NCBI GenBank assembly: GCA_964556195.1 | Contig: CAZKVK010000003.1 | Location: 8,134-66,570 of the forward strand | DNA: 58,437 nt | DNA from: an uncultured Candidatus Poseidoniales archaeon | GTDB taxonomy: Archaea > Thermoplasmatota > Poseidoniia > Poseidoniales > Thalassarchaeaceae | Reading direction: 5' to 3' | Part shown: positions 47,368 to 56,651 of the stretch, in pieces | Layout of the letters: each line of letters begins with the position of its first letter | Numbering within the stretch: position 1 is the first letter of the stretch | The notes under the pieces: generated by a model | What the model saw: the letters and a program-made list of their open reading frames with translations, nothing else | Databases searched by the model: none | Told to the model about the DNA's origin: nothing | Made by a program: the position numbers and the translations under genes

Positions 47368-48186
47368 TTATTTTCTAACATGAATCTTATCATTATTTTC
47401 GTCAATGAGCAATTCATCTCCATCCTCAAGTTGAACGATCCCCTCGTTCAATTTCGGTGTAGGGAAACCTCCTTCTTGATCCAAAGCATCCGAGTAATTG
47501 TGAGTGACTAGAATTGTCGCATGTGGATGTCTTTCAGCCAGTGAATTAACTTGGCTAGGATTGTGATGATTAGGGCTCTCGACAAAATCTGGCACCCCCA
47601 TTTCAATCAGAATAGCATCAGCTTCTGTGGCTCGTGATTCAATCTCCTGACAAGGGCCGGAGTCACCGCAATGCAGTAGTTTGAATCCACTCTTGTGAGT
47701 TAGCATATAGCCATGTGGATCGGTCTCGGGAGTGTGAACCACTCTGAATCTCTCGTAACTCCAATCCGATTTTTCTATTTCTCCAGATTCGCTTTCCAGC
47801 CAATTAATGTCATCGGTTAGAACTTGGCTCAAGCTTCCTGGAAAACCAACATTACTGAGGTTGTAGAGAATCTCTCTTCCCCCCGGTCTGAGGTATACAT
47901 TCAAAGGATTTTCAGCATCAGAGACAACTCTCCTCTCAAGAATGAAAAATGGAAATCCGAACATATGATCAGCATGCCAATGGGTAAACAATAGGTGCTC
48001 AATCTGGTTGGTTGAGACTCCTACGCGTCGTAATTGTGGTAGCAGTGTTGGCGGTGCGTCGACCAGTATTTTTTCATCAATTAAAATCAGCGCATGCATC
48101 CTTCCATGAGGTGAGAAAGCATTCCCCGTGCCGAGGAACTGCACGCGCGGCATGACTCTCCATGTGGCGTCCATGACTTGAGCCAT
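47368..48186 (-). CDS. Metallo-beta-lactamase-fold hydrolase (RNase Z/PhnP-like)
   Basis: FLGTG, THWHADH (HxHxDH), GDSGP and NHH motifs. Confidence 0.85.
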   Translation of the reverse strand: MAQVMDATWRVMPRVQFLGTGNAFSPHGRMHALILIDEKILVDAPPTLLPQLRRVGVSTNQIEHLLFTHWHADHMFGFPFFILERRVVSDAENPLNVYLRPGGREILYNLSNVGFPGSLSQVLTDDINWLESESGEIEKSDWSYERFRVVHTPETDPHGYMLTHKSGFKLLHCGDSGPCQEIESRATEADAILIEMGVPDFVESPNHHNPSQVNSLAERHPHATILVTHNYSDALDQEGGFPTPKLNEGIVQLEDGDELLIDENNDKIHVRK

Positions 48187-48273
48187 TCGGGTCTCAACGC
48201 CCGCTACGCGGGCGAACCTAATCCCCCTTGTTTGATAAACGGACTTCGATTCGGCGACACGCTGGTGAGTACT

Positions 48274-49551
48274 ATGTCCGATTGGAGTGCAAAGAACCCG
48301 TATACCTCTAAGTTAACGGAAAATCACGTTCTTAATGGAGAAGGCTCGAGAAAGGAAACTCGCCACATAGTATTCGATTTGGGAGATTCTGGTCTAGAAT
48401 ACAAGGCCGGAGATGCACTGGGTGTGATCCCCCGCTGTCCACCTGAGTTGGTTGAGGATTTACTCTCAACAGCCAACTTCAGTGGAGATGAATTGGTAGA
48501 AACACATCTCGGTGAGACTACACTAAAGGAAGCCCTCACCGATCATCTAGAGATCCATCGAGTTTCAAAGAAATGGCTTCAAAATATTGGCAACAGAATG
48601 GGAGGTGATGGACCTGTGGAGATTAGAATTGCTCGCAGACATCGAGTATCAACCGAGGATGGAGCACTTCTGGTAGATTGGTCGGGCTCGGGAGAAGGCG
48701 AAGACGTCCCAGAAGGTTACGAAGAAATCGGTGCAGCCTGTGACCCAGCTGAAATTCTTTGGAGAAATCTAACGGAAGACGCAGATGCCATGGAGGATTA
48801 CATCTGGTCTCGCGATTACATTGATGCCATGTGTGATTTCGGACACATCGGATTTACCGCTCAACAATTCGTCGATGGGATGGACCGGCTGAAGCCGCGT
48901 CTATACTCTATCGCTAGTAGTCCAGAGCATGAGCCTGGAACAGTTCACTTGACCGTAGGAATCGTCCGATATTATCACCACGAGCGAGACCGAACTGGTC
49001 TTTGCACTGGCTACCTGGCCGATCGTTGTGATGTTGATGATACCAAGATTGGCGTATTCATGTCACCAACCCGTTCATTCATCTTACCTGAAGACGGTAA
49101 CACCGATTGCATAATGGTCGGTCCAGGAACTGGAATCGCTCCTTTCCGTGCCTACCTTCAACAGCGTGATATCAATGATGACAAGGGTCGCAATTGGCTA
49201 TTCTTTGGCGACTGGACCGAAGAAGGAGAATACTACTATCAAGATGAAATGGAAGACTGGAAGGCGCGAGGAGTTCTCGATCGCCACGACCTAGCATGGA
49301 GTCGCGCTGGAGATGAGAAGGTATACGTCCAACATCTAATGGCAAAGCACGGCGAAGAAATCTGGAATTGGATCGATGGTGGAGCTTACTTCTACGTCTG
49401 TGGCGACAAGAATTACATGGCTAAGGACGTACATTCAACCCTAATCCAAATATGTGCAGAACATGGTGGTATGACCCCAGATGAGGCCAAAGAATTCGTA
49501 GAGGTTGGAATGATGAAAACCGACAAGAGATATCTACGAGACGTCTACTGA
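48274..49551 (+). CDS. CysJ/cytochrome P450 reductase-type FAD/NADPH reductase lacking the flavodoxin domain
   Basis: KETRHIVFDL, PRLYSIASS, GLCTGYL, GPGTGIAPFR, LFFG, AWSR, YVCGD and a terminal DVY; start MSDW at 48274 after GGTGAG. Confidence 0.88.
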   Translation: MSDWSAKNPYTSKLTENHVLNGEGSRKETRHIVFDLGDSGLEYKAGDALGVIPRCPPELVEDLLSTANFSGDELVETHLGETTLKEALTDHLEIHRVSKKWLQNIGNRMGGDGPVEIRIARRHRVSTEDGALLVDWSGSGEGEDVPEGYEEIGAACDPAEILWRNLTEDADAMEDYIWSRDYIDAMCDFGHIGFTAQQFVDGMDRLKPRLYSIASSPEHEPGTVHLTVGIVRYYHHERDRTGLCTGYLADRCDVDDTKIGVFMSPTRSFILPEDGNTDCIMVGPGTGIAPFRAYLQQRDINDDKGRNWLFFGDWTEEGEYYYQDEMEDWKARGVLDRHDLAWSRAGDEKVYVQHLMAKHGEEIWNWIDGGAYFYVCGDKNYMAKDVHSTLIQICAEHGGMTPDEAKEFVEVGMMKTDKRYLRDVY

Positions 49552-49583
49552 TTGTAGCGATTTTTCTTACATTTTCTTTCCCA

Positions 49584-49602
49584 CGACCGCCTACGGCGGT
49601 CG
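49584..49602. terminator. 8-bp GC-rich hairpin CGACCGCC-TAC-GGCGGTCG
   Basis: Perfect inverted repeat following a T-rich tract between the reductase and biotin carboxylase genes. Confidence 0.4.
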
Positions 49603-49637
49603 CCGAACTCTACATAGGATTCAGCCTACAGCGACCT

Positions 49638-50978
49638 TTGATGTTCCGCAGGGTGCTGATTGCAAATCGAGGTGAGATAGCCTTGCGAATTTTGCGTTCT
49701 CTAAGGACACTAGGAGTTGAGGCGGTAATGATTCACGGTCGTGAAGACCGGCTAACTACACCAGTCCGACTTTCCGATGAAGCGATTCACATTGCCCGAG
49801 ATGATCCTCTAGCATCTTACCTCGACATAGAGGCAATTGTAGCTGCCGCCAAAGAGGTCGGAGCGGACGCCGTACACCCAGGCTATGGCTTCCTTGCCGA
49901 GAACCCAATTTTCGCTGATAGGTTAGCCGAGGAGGGAATTACATTCATCGGCCCAAGTCCAGAGGTGTTGAGAATCCTCGGCGACAAAATCACTGCTCGA
50001 GAGACTATGTCTAAGGCGGGGTTACCCATCGCAAAGGGGTCTCCTGGACCGGTTTCTAATCCCAAAGAAGCCGCATCAATCGCCGATGATATCGGCTTCC
50101 CTGTAATCATCAAAGCGGCCGCTGGTGGTGGTGGAATTGGTATGCAGGTGGTCGATTCTTCCAATGAATTTGAATCGGCTCTGAACCTATGTCAAGGACG
50201 AGCCCTTTCCGCCTTCGGTGATGACAGAGTCTTCTTGGAGAAATTTATCGAAGGTGCACAACACGTGGAATTCCAAGTTCTTGGAGACGGTGAAAATGCA
50301 ATTCATTTCGGAGAGAGATTCTGCTCTATTCAACGCCGTCACCAGAAAATTCTCGAAGAAGGTCCATGGTTATCTGAAGATGTTAGAACCGATATCGGCG
50401 CCCGTGTCGTAGCAGGAGCCAAAGCGGTCGGTTACAAGGGATTAGCAACCTTTGAATTCCTAAGAGATACTCATGGCGAGTTCTACTTCCTAGAAGTTAA
50501 TCCTCGAGTTCAGGTAGAGCATACGGTTACTGAGATGATTACTGGACACGACCTAGTTTCGCTTGGAATCAGAGTCGCCTCCGGAGAAAGCCTACCTCTT
50601 TCACAAGATGATATTGAGATATCAGGCCATGCGATTCAGGCCCGACTGAATGCCGAAAACCCGAGAACTTTGGAGCCGTCCCCAGGTCGACTTTGGGAAT
50701 GCCATTGGCCTGCAGGCCCAGGTGTTCGTGTAGATACTCATGCTCACACTGGATACGATATGCCACCATCATTCGACTCATTACTCGCCAAACTAATCGT
50801 TTGGGGAAGAGATAGAGAAGAGGCGATTAGAAGGCTCGATTCCGCTCTTGCCGAGACTATGATTTTAGGAGTCGAAACCCTAATCCCATTGCATCAAGCA
50901 ATTCTTTCGGAAGAAGATTTCCGAAACAGAGATGTAACAATCCGGTATCTTGAGGAACATCCGGAATTGTTGAATTGA
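49638..50978 (+). CDS. accC: Biotin carboxylase subunit of an acyl-CoA/pyruvate carboxylase
   Basis: ANRGEIA, HPGYGFLAEN, KAAAGGGGIGM, RFCSIQRRHQK, EVNPRVQVEH and FDSLLAKLI motifs. Confidence 0.92.
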   Translation: MMFRRVLIANRGEIALRILRSLRTLGVEAVMIHGREDRLTTPVRLSDEAIHIARDDPLASYLDIEAIVAAAKEVGADAVHPGYGFLAENPIFADRLAEEGITFIGPSPEVLRILGDKITARETMSKAGLPIAKGSPGPVSNPKEAASIADDIGFPVIIKAAAGGGGIGMQVVDSSNEFESALNLCQGRALSAFGDDRVFLEKFIEGAQHVEFQVLGDGENAIHFGERFCSIQRRHQKILEEGPWLSEDVRTDIGARVVAGAKAVGYKGLATFEFLRDTHGEFYFLEVNPRVQVEHTVTEMITGHDLVSLGIRVASGESLPLSQDDIEISGHAIQARLNAENPRTLEPSPGRLWECHWPAGPGVRVDTHAHTGYDMPPSFDSLLAKLIVWGRDREEAIRRLDSALAETMILGVETLIPLHQAILSEEDFRNRDVTIRYLEEHPELLN

Positions 50979-50987
50979 GGTGAGAGT

Positions 50988-51953
50988 ATGGACATGGTAA
51001 TCGTTGGCTCAATCGGATATGATGACATCCAAACTCCAGCTGGAAGCGGCTCAGACCTGCTCGGAGGTGCCGCTGTATACTCTGGACTTGCTGCCTCTTT
51101 CCACCTTCGAACCAAGGACGAAGAACCAACTAAGGTCGGTCTGGTAGGGGTCGTCGGTGATGATTTTGCAGTTTACGATCAAATGATTCTCGAGAAAGCC
51201 GGATTGAATTTAGCCGGAGTTCTACGCGCCGATGGAGAAACATTTCGATGGTCAGGCAAGTACGAGGGTGCTATGGAATCTGTTGAGACATTAGCAACAG
51301 AGGTCAATGTTCTAGGTGAATTTAAACCAAAGTTACCAGAAGCCTGGGAAAACCCAGAAGTTCTCTTCTGTGCCAGTACTCACCCTGCTACTCAAGTAGC
51401 GGTATTGGACCAATGCCCCGGCGCTCAGTTGACCGTCCTAGACACTTTCATGCTCTGGATTGAGACTGAATTTGAGACTCTAAGCGAAGCCATGCGAAAG
51501 GTCGACTTAGTGGTAATAAATGAACAGGAAGTTTGTGCTATTGCTGGTGATGAAATTCTGCCACGCGCGATGAAATCTATCATCTCTGGCGAGGCTCTAC
51601 ATGGTGGTTCAGCCGCGGGTCCTGGCCCTCGTTGTTTAATCGCCAAGCGTGGAAGTGGTGGGGTCCTTGCAATACTTCCAGGGGGTATACTATCACTACC
51701 TGCATACCCTACTGATGAGATTGTTGACCCTACAGGTTGTGGTGATTCATTCGCGGGCTCCCTAATTGCATACCTTGTAGGTAGGCAGGGAATATTGAGT
51801 GATATTGAAGCGATTAGAAATTCCCTAGTTCACGCCACAGTCACCTCTTCATTCACATTAGGAGGACTTGGTACTTCTGGAATCGCCTCAATTGATCGCG
51901 GTGTCTATCACGCGCGTGTAGACAGATATCGACGAATAGCCGGAATAAAGTGA
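50988..51953 (+). CDS. PfkB family carbohydrate/nucleoside kinase
   Basis: LGGAAVY, FRWSGKY, INEQE and DPTGCGDSFAG motifs. Confidence 0.9.
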   Translation: MDMVIVGSIGYDDIQTPAGSGSDLLGGAAVYSGLAASFHLRTKDEEPTKVGLVGVVGDDFAVYDQMILEKAGLNLAGVLRADGETFRWSGKYEGAMESVETLATEVNVLGEFKPKLPEAWENPEVLFCASTHPATQVAVLDQCPGAQLTVLDTFMLWIETEFETLSEAMRKVDLVVINEQEVCAIAGDEILPRAMKSIISGEALHGGSAAGPGPRCLIAKRGSGGVLAILPGGILSLPAYPTDEIVDPTGCGDSFAGSLIAYLVGRQGILSDIEAIRNSLVHATVTSSFTLGGLGTSGIASIDRGVYHARVDRYRRIAGIK

Positions 51954-51957
51954 GACT

Positions 51958-53691
51958 TCACTTCAATTGGCGAATACCAGGTAATCGACGATCACCTTTC
52001 TGACTGGTCAGACGAAGTTGGGAAAATCTTAGTTGGTCATTTTCTGAGTTACTGGTTGTTTCTCTTTCTTCTCCAGATGCAACCCGCTCCACGACACTGT
52101 CAAGTGCATCTCTAGCTGATGAAGGACTAGAAGTGGTAGTCATTTCCCTAGCCCTTGTAGCTACATCAGCTTGGTGGTCTTGATCCGACCGTAACCTGAG
52201 GAGTTGACTGGACCTGAACCTTGCATCTCCACTATGAGTATCGCCATCCTCATCGCCATAAACATCGGCATATTGCCTCCTTGATTGGGTTGGAGAAATT
52301 AGCGAAGCAAGCCAATTTTGTTTCCTTGGTTTACCTGCTGAACTTCGAACACGACCACTGGTCATACTATTGGCGAGTTTCGACACTGCAGGGAATTCTT
52401 CCCCAAAGTTTTCTGGGTCTGTAGTTGGAGCGGATAATGCTCTAGTTTGGTTCTCGCTTTGCCATGCATAGCGTGCCTTTGCCGTCTTTACTAGACCCGG
52501 CTTACACTCTTCGCGAACAGCATTTTCGGTTGGATTTGGAAGACCCCATGTTGGAGCGTTGGTTGATTGTGGTTGACCATGCCGGGATTGTGCCGACCGA
52601 ATCATCTGTGAACTTGATAGAGGTTTATTTGGATTCGATGTAGTCGGTGGTGAATACGAAGTAGGTGTTGTGATACCGTTTGTTGTGGGCTGAGGTGTTG
52701 TTGGTGCATCATCGAATAGTGAGAAGTCCATACTCGGTTCAGATTCACTGTAATTTGTCGGAGTCACGTTATTGGTAGGAGATTCAACTCCGAACAGACC
52801 TCCTTCTCCAAACATATCGAATGAACCCATAGCATCTGAGAAAGCCTCGTCAAGTCTATCCTCCTGTGGAGCCTCCTTTTCGTGATACCATTCAGGAGAT
52901 TCTGGGCGCCCCCACGCTCTTTCGTACGCAGAGCGAGAATCAGCCGATTTTGCAGGAAGATTAGAGGTTGTAGGTGGACTTTGTTCCAGAGCGTCTAGAG
53001 AAGCAAAAATCCCACCTTCTTGAGTAATAGGTCGTGCAAACTCAGATTCGGTCAACCCAGAGGTCATGGGATTTGAGGTAGTTTTTACTGCTGAGGGATA
53101 CATCGAAGAAACCGGTTCAGCCTCAAAGATTGTACGATCATAATCCTCTATGGTTTCTGGTGCATTGAGAAGAGCCTTGGGCTGATTTTCAGCAAGAAAT
53201 CTTTCCCTTTCTTCCTCTAGTTCTTGAAGACCTGCCTTTGCCTCTTCGATTGTACTACCGTGCATAACTCTGTCAACCATCATACATAACCGAAGTAATT
53301 CTGACTGAGTTCCTGTAACGAGGTATTTGTCTCCAGCATTCGTCTCAATCGACAATACAGGATTCTTCATTCTTAGATAGCCGAACACCGAAAGAGCACC
53401 TGTTACGGCGACTATCCAACCAAATGGAGGGGTGATTATAGTAGCACCTACCCAAACCCCAAGAGTGCCTATGGTAAGGAAACTATTCGGCAATTTTGCT
53501 AGATTGATATTTCGGAGGGTTGAGATGTTGGAGAGATTGATTCTGATTCCATATCCAGAGTAGTCCTCAAAGGTAAGCTGTCGCTCTGTTAGGATTCCGC
53601 AAAATCTCCCACTTATGCCGACTAGATTCAGGTTATCGAATAGTTCCGAATCTCCTTCATCCAGTCGGGCATTACGCCCGGCTGAGTACAT
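51958..53691 (-). CDS. Hypothetical protein with an N-terminal membrane hairpin and a long S/T/P-rich disordered region
   Basis: 577-aa ORF with two TM helices near residues 70-105 and low-complexity remainder. Confidence 0.75.
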   Translation of the reverse strand: MYSAGRNARLDEGDSELFDNLNLVGISGRFCGILTERQLTFEDYSGYGIRINLSNISTLRNINLAKLPNSFLTIGTLGVWVGATIITPPFGWIVAVTGALSVFGYLRMKNPVLSIETNAGDKYLVTGTQSELLRLCMMVDRVMHGSTIEEAKAGLQELEEERERFLAENQPKALLNAPETIEDYDRTIFEAEPVSSMYPSAVKTTSNPMTSGLTESEFARPITQEGGIFASLDALEQSPPTTSNLPAKSADSRSAYERAWGRPESPEWYHEKEAPQEDRLDEAFSDAMGSFDMFGEGGLFGVESPTNNVTPTNYSESEPSMDFSLFDDAPTTPQPTTNGITTPTSYSPPTTSNPNKPLSSSQMIRSAQSRHGQPQSTNAPTWGLPNPTENAVREECKPGLVKTAKARYAWQSENQTRALSAPTTDPENFGEEFPAVSKLANSMTSGRVRSSAGKPRKQNWLASLISPTQSRRQYADVYGDEDGDTHSGDARFRSSQLLRLRSDQDHQADVATRAREMTTTSSPSSARDALDSVVERVASGEERETTSNSENDQLRFSQLRLTSQKGDRRLPGIRQLK

Positions 53692-53814
53692 CCCACTCGG
53701 CCCAGCGCCTCCTTGAGGCTATAACTGCTCGGGAAGCCGAGCAGGCTTAGGAGCGGCTTGCGCGCGCGTGACACGAGCGCCGAAAGTTCCGCTACAATTT
53801 CAGAATAAACGAAA

Positions 53815-54837
53815 TTAGGATTCTACGATGGTTTCCACACTACCAATGATTCTCATCGGCATAGCGTCGAGTTGTGTAATCAATATCTGTGGCGAGCCTT
53901 CGGCTCTAATCCAAAGTGGATTCTCCCATTCAACAGAAATCATGTCTCCTTCAACTTGCTTTATTCTGCCAACAACAAATTGCAAATCAACGGCTGCATG
54001 TATTACATCTTCATTAGATAATTTTCTTTTTTGGAAAGGCGCTGTTTTGATTTTTATCTGGGAATTTTCATGGCGAATAAGTGCCTCTGATTCGGGATGA
54101 ATAATCATACATCCACGATGCAATGCTTCCTCTCTCAGGTTTCTCAATGCAACACCCACACGGTCACCCGCAATGGCCGCGTCAACATCGTCATCCATTA
54201 CTTGCAGAGATCTAACCACCCCTGTTTCATTTGCTGGCAAAATTACTACCTCGTCATGCTTGTTCACAACACCCGATTGCACATAACCGATAGCAACTAA
54301 CCCAACTCCCTTGACGTTGAAATGTTGGTCAACAGGTAATACCAAATTCGATGAGGTATTTTTCGAACCAACCACATCCATGTGTTGATACAGTTCCTCT
54401 CTCAAATCATGTGAATCAGGAACCGATTCATACAACTTCCAAGTCTCAAGGCCGGCCTGTGCGAGAATCATATTGACTTGTTCGGAATCTACCCATTGAT
54501 CCTCTGTAGGATTGATGATCGCAATACCTCTGTCTATTCCAGCCGCACCAAAAGATACCAGAATCTCTCCTAGAGCCGCATCGACATTTGTGATTTCGAC
54601 AATACCGACCTCGGCTACGTTGAGAACTGAGAGAAGAGGTCTAAGTTTCTCCGGATGCCTTAGTGGCCGAAGTAAAGACAGAACGCAGGTTTCACCCTGT
54701 CGCAGTTCTTTGTAAACGTACGATTCAATATCTCGAACATCGTTAGATTTCGCTAACTTTCTGGCAAGTTTTTCACTGCCAACAAAGGCAACATTCAGCA
54801 CCGGCATGGATTGCGCGGGCGGAGATATGGTCATCAA
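53815..54837 (-). CDS. SelB/EF-Tu-like protein with degenerate G domain (aSelBL-like)
   Basis: EF-Tu domain II motifs (VDQHFNVKGVGLVAIG, VRSLQVMD, AGDRVGVAL); no GxxxxGKT or NKxD in the N-terminal domain. Confidence 0.8.
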   Translation of the reverse strand: MMTISPPAQSMPVLNVAFVGSEKLARKLAKSNDVRDIESYVYKELRQGETCVLSLLRPLRHPEKLRPLLSVLNVAEVGIVEITNVDAALGEILVSFGAAGIDRGIAIINPTEDQWVDSEQVNMILAQAGLETWKLYESVPDSHDLREELYQHMDVVGSKNTSSNLVLPVDQHFNVKGVGLVAIGYVQSGVVNKHDEVVILPANETGVVRSLQVMDDDVDAAIAGDRVGVALRNLREEALHRGCMIIHPESEALIRHENSQIKIKTAPFQKRKLSNEDVIHAAVDLQFVVGRIKQVEGDMISVEWENPLWIRAEGSPQILITQLDAMPMRIIGSVETIVES

Positions 54838-54871
54838 TTCGACGGGTAGAAATGGTTGACAATGAGTTCAA

Positions 54872-55273
54872 ATGAGATACAATGTATGGACAATCATGGA
54901 AGAACAGTCCCCGTCAGTAGTTTTCGTCCACAAAGATCGAGAAACAGGGAGTGGGACTGCTTCTCACCTCTGTGGTTCATTGGTAAATCTAATATTCCCT
55001 TTTTTCAGTTGGGTTGTACCATTAATTTTGTACTCTTCAAATACTAGTGAAGATACTATCTTGAAACATCATTTAGCACAATCTCTCAATGCTTCGCTTA
55101 CATTTACATTAGCTCTTCTGGTTCATACTGCATTGATGGTGGTTTGTCTAGGCATCATTACAGTCCTTGTTCATTGGATATTTTATCTCGTTTGGTCTGT
55201 TAATGCAAATAATGCACTAAAGGCAGGACAAATGTACAATTATCCGTTTACAATAAATTTCGTCAATCCGTAA
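54872..55273 (+). CDS. DUF4870-like membrane protein
   Basis: SHL...PLI..., HLAQSLN, three TMs and a C-terminal YNYPFTI; the start may be 54896. Confidence 0.8.
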   Translation: MRYNVWTIMEEQSPSVVFVHKDRETGSGTASHLCGSLVNLIFPFFSWVVPLILYSSNTSEDTILKHHLAQSLNASLTFTLALLVHTALMVVCLGIITVLVHWIFYLVWSVNANNALKAGQMYNYPFTINFVNP

Positions 55274-55275
55274 AT

Positions 55276-55725
55276 TCAACGCATTGCATCGCGAGCCCTT
55301 TGCGCCGAATCCCAGAGTTCTTTCTCTTCGTCGCTGGTTGCAGTAAATTGAGGGACCTCTACTGGTTGCATTGAATCATCGATTGCGACCATGAAAAAGA
55401 ATCCAGAACAAATTTCCTCGGGATCCCAGTTTGAACGTGTCATCCTGCAGGATCTTACTAGGACACCTACGGTTCTTCGACTGGTCCAAACAACTCTTGC
55501 TATTGTTCGAATAACATCACCTTGGTAAGCTGGTCTCTTGAATTTCAAAGCGTCAACTGAGACTGTGACGAATTCATTGTGAGCGAATTGGCTAGCAGCC
55601 ATTCCAGCGGCAGTATCCATGATTGACATCAGGCGACCACCAAATAGTGTATCTAGGGCATTTGTATCGCCGGGAAATACTTCATTCAGTAGCACAACGG
55701 GTTCGGAGGAGCGCGGTTCAGCCAT
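55276..55725 (-). CDS. Acyl-CoA thioesterase (hotdog fold, YciA-like)
   Basis: VFPGDTNALDTLFGG.LMSIMD and VTVSVD..FKRP motifs. Confidence 0.92.
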   Translation of the reverse strand: MAEPRSSEPVVLLNEVFPGDTNALDTLFGGRLMSIMDTAAGMAASQFAHNEFVTVSVDALKFKRPAYQGDVIRTIARVVWTSRRTVGVLVRSCRMTRSNWDPEEICSGFFFMVAIDDSMQPVEVPQFTATSDEEKELWDSAQRARDAMR

Positions 55726-55794
55726 CTCTCTCAGACATATCCGCGCACTCCCCCTCCTTCAATCCAACCACCGCAGGATAGGCTCTGAAAGCGG

Positions 55795-56649
55795 TTGTTT
55801 GACCGTTTAAGTCAAGCCATACAGACGATTCGGGATATTATGAGCGCAACAAAATTGGCTTGGAATCCGGTGATTTTCGATGATCCGGATGGTGGTAGAG
55901 TTCTGCTCTGGCCTCACCTACCATGCGTTCGAATGCCAACTGTACTCAGAACCCGAGAACATTGGGATGGGATTGCTCTATTAGCCTCCGAGGATGAAAT
56001 CAGAGGATGGCCAGAAGAGGAAAAGGAAGACCAAGAAAGCCCTGGAGTGCATGTTGCTGCAGCTATGGCTTCCGGTACAGTCCTTGGTCGCCTATTGGAT
56101 GATTTGACAATCTACGAAGTCGATGGTCCAACAATTCCCGATCCCGAACCTATGCGGTTACTGCACCACGCAAATAACGCCCGTGGGGGTTTGCCTATTT
56201 ACGCACTTGAACCATCTATGGATGACGAATCATGGGTAGATTGGATGACACGTGCCGCCGATGAGCAGGTATCCATGTCCTCTCTACTTTCTAGCGTCAC
56301 AATTGGTAGGCGTTGGAAAAAATTGCGAAGTGCGAACGCAAGTCGTGTTGAGGCCGCAAAAGGAGTCGATGCAGAATTGGGTGCAGCAGCAGCTTCGAGC
56401 GCAGCATGGTGGCAAGAGGAAAACAAAGGCCTCAGTGCTGAATTAATCTCAGAAAGGTCTTCCCGAATTGTGGCGAGGATTAGAGGCGCTCTTGCAGACC
56501 TTAGAGAGGGCAGGGTTGATGACTCCAATACAACAGGCCCATCTCTGATGGTTCCGGTCCATCAACCACGTCTGCCCTCATTGGTGAGGTCCTTCGAAGG
56601 TTGTCCGGATTCCGAAACCATGCAATCGATGCAAACTCAGGGGGGCTAG
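55795..56649 (+). CDS. Hypothetical protein
   Basis: 284-aa ORF (alternative ATG at 55840); first gene of an apparent three-gene operon. Confidence 0.7.
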   Translation: MFDRLSQAIQTIRDIMSATKLAWNPVIFDDPDGGRVLLWPHLPCVRMPTVLRTREHWDGIALLASEDEIRGWPEEEKEDQESPGVHVAAAMASGTVLGRLLDDLTIYEVDGPTIPDPEPMRLLHHANNARGGLPIYALEPSMDDESWVDWMTRAADEQVSMSSLLSSVTIGRRWKKLRSANASRVEAAKGVDAELGAAAASSAAWWQEENKGLSAELISERSSRIVARIRGALADLREGRVDDSNTTGPSLMVPVHQPRLPSLVRSFEGCPDSETMQSMQTQGG

Positions 56650-56651
56650 TT

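Noticed and set aside
53700-53800. SECIS element downstream of the selB-like gene, or SRP helix 8
   Set aside because: No archaeal SECIS GAA/A internal loop on the coding strand and no in-frame UGA selenoprotein nearby; the hairpin is perfectly paired, unlike SRP helix 8
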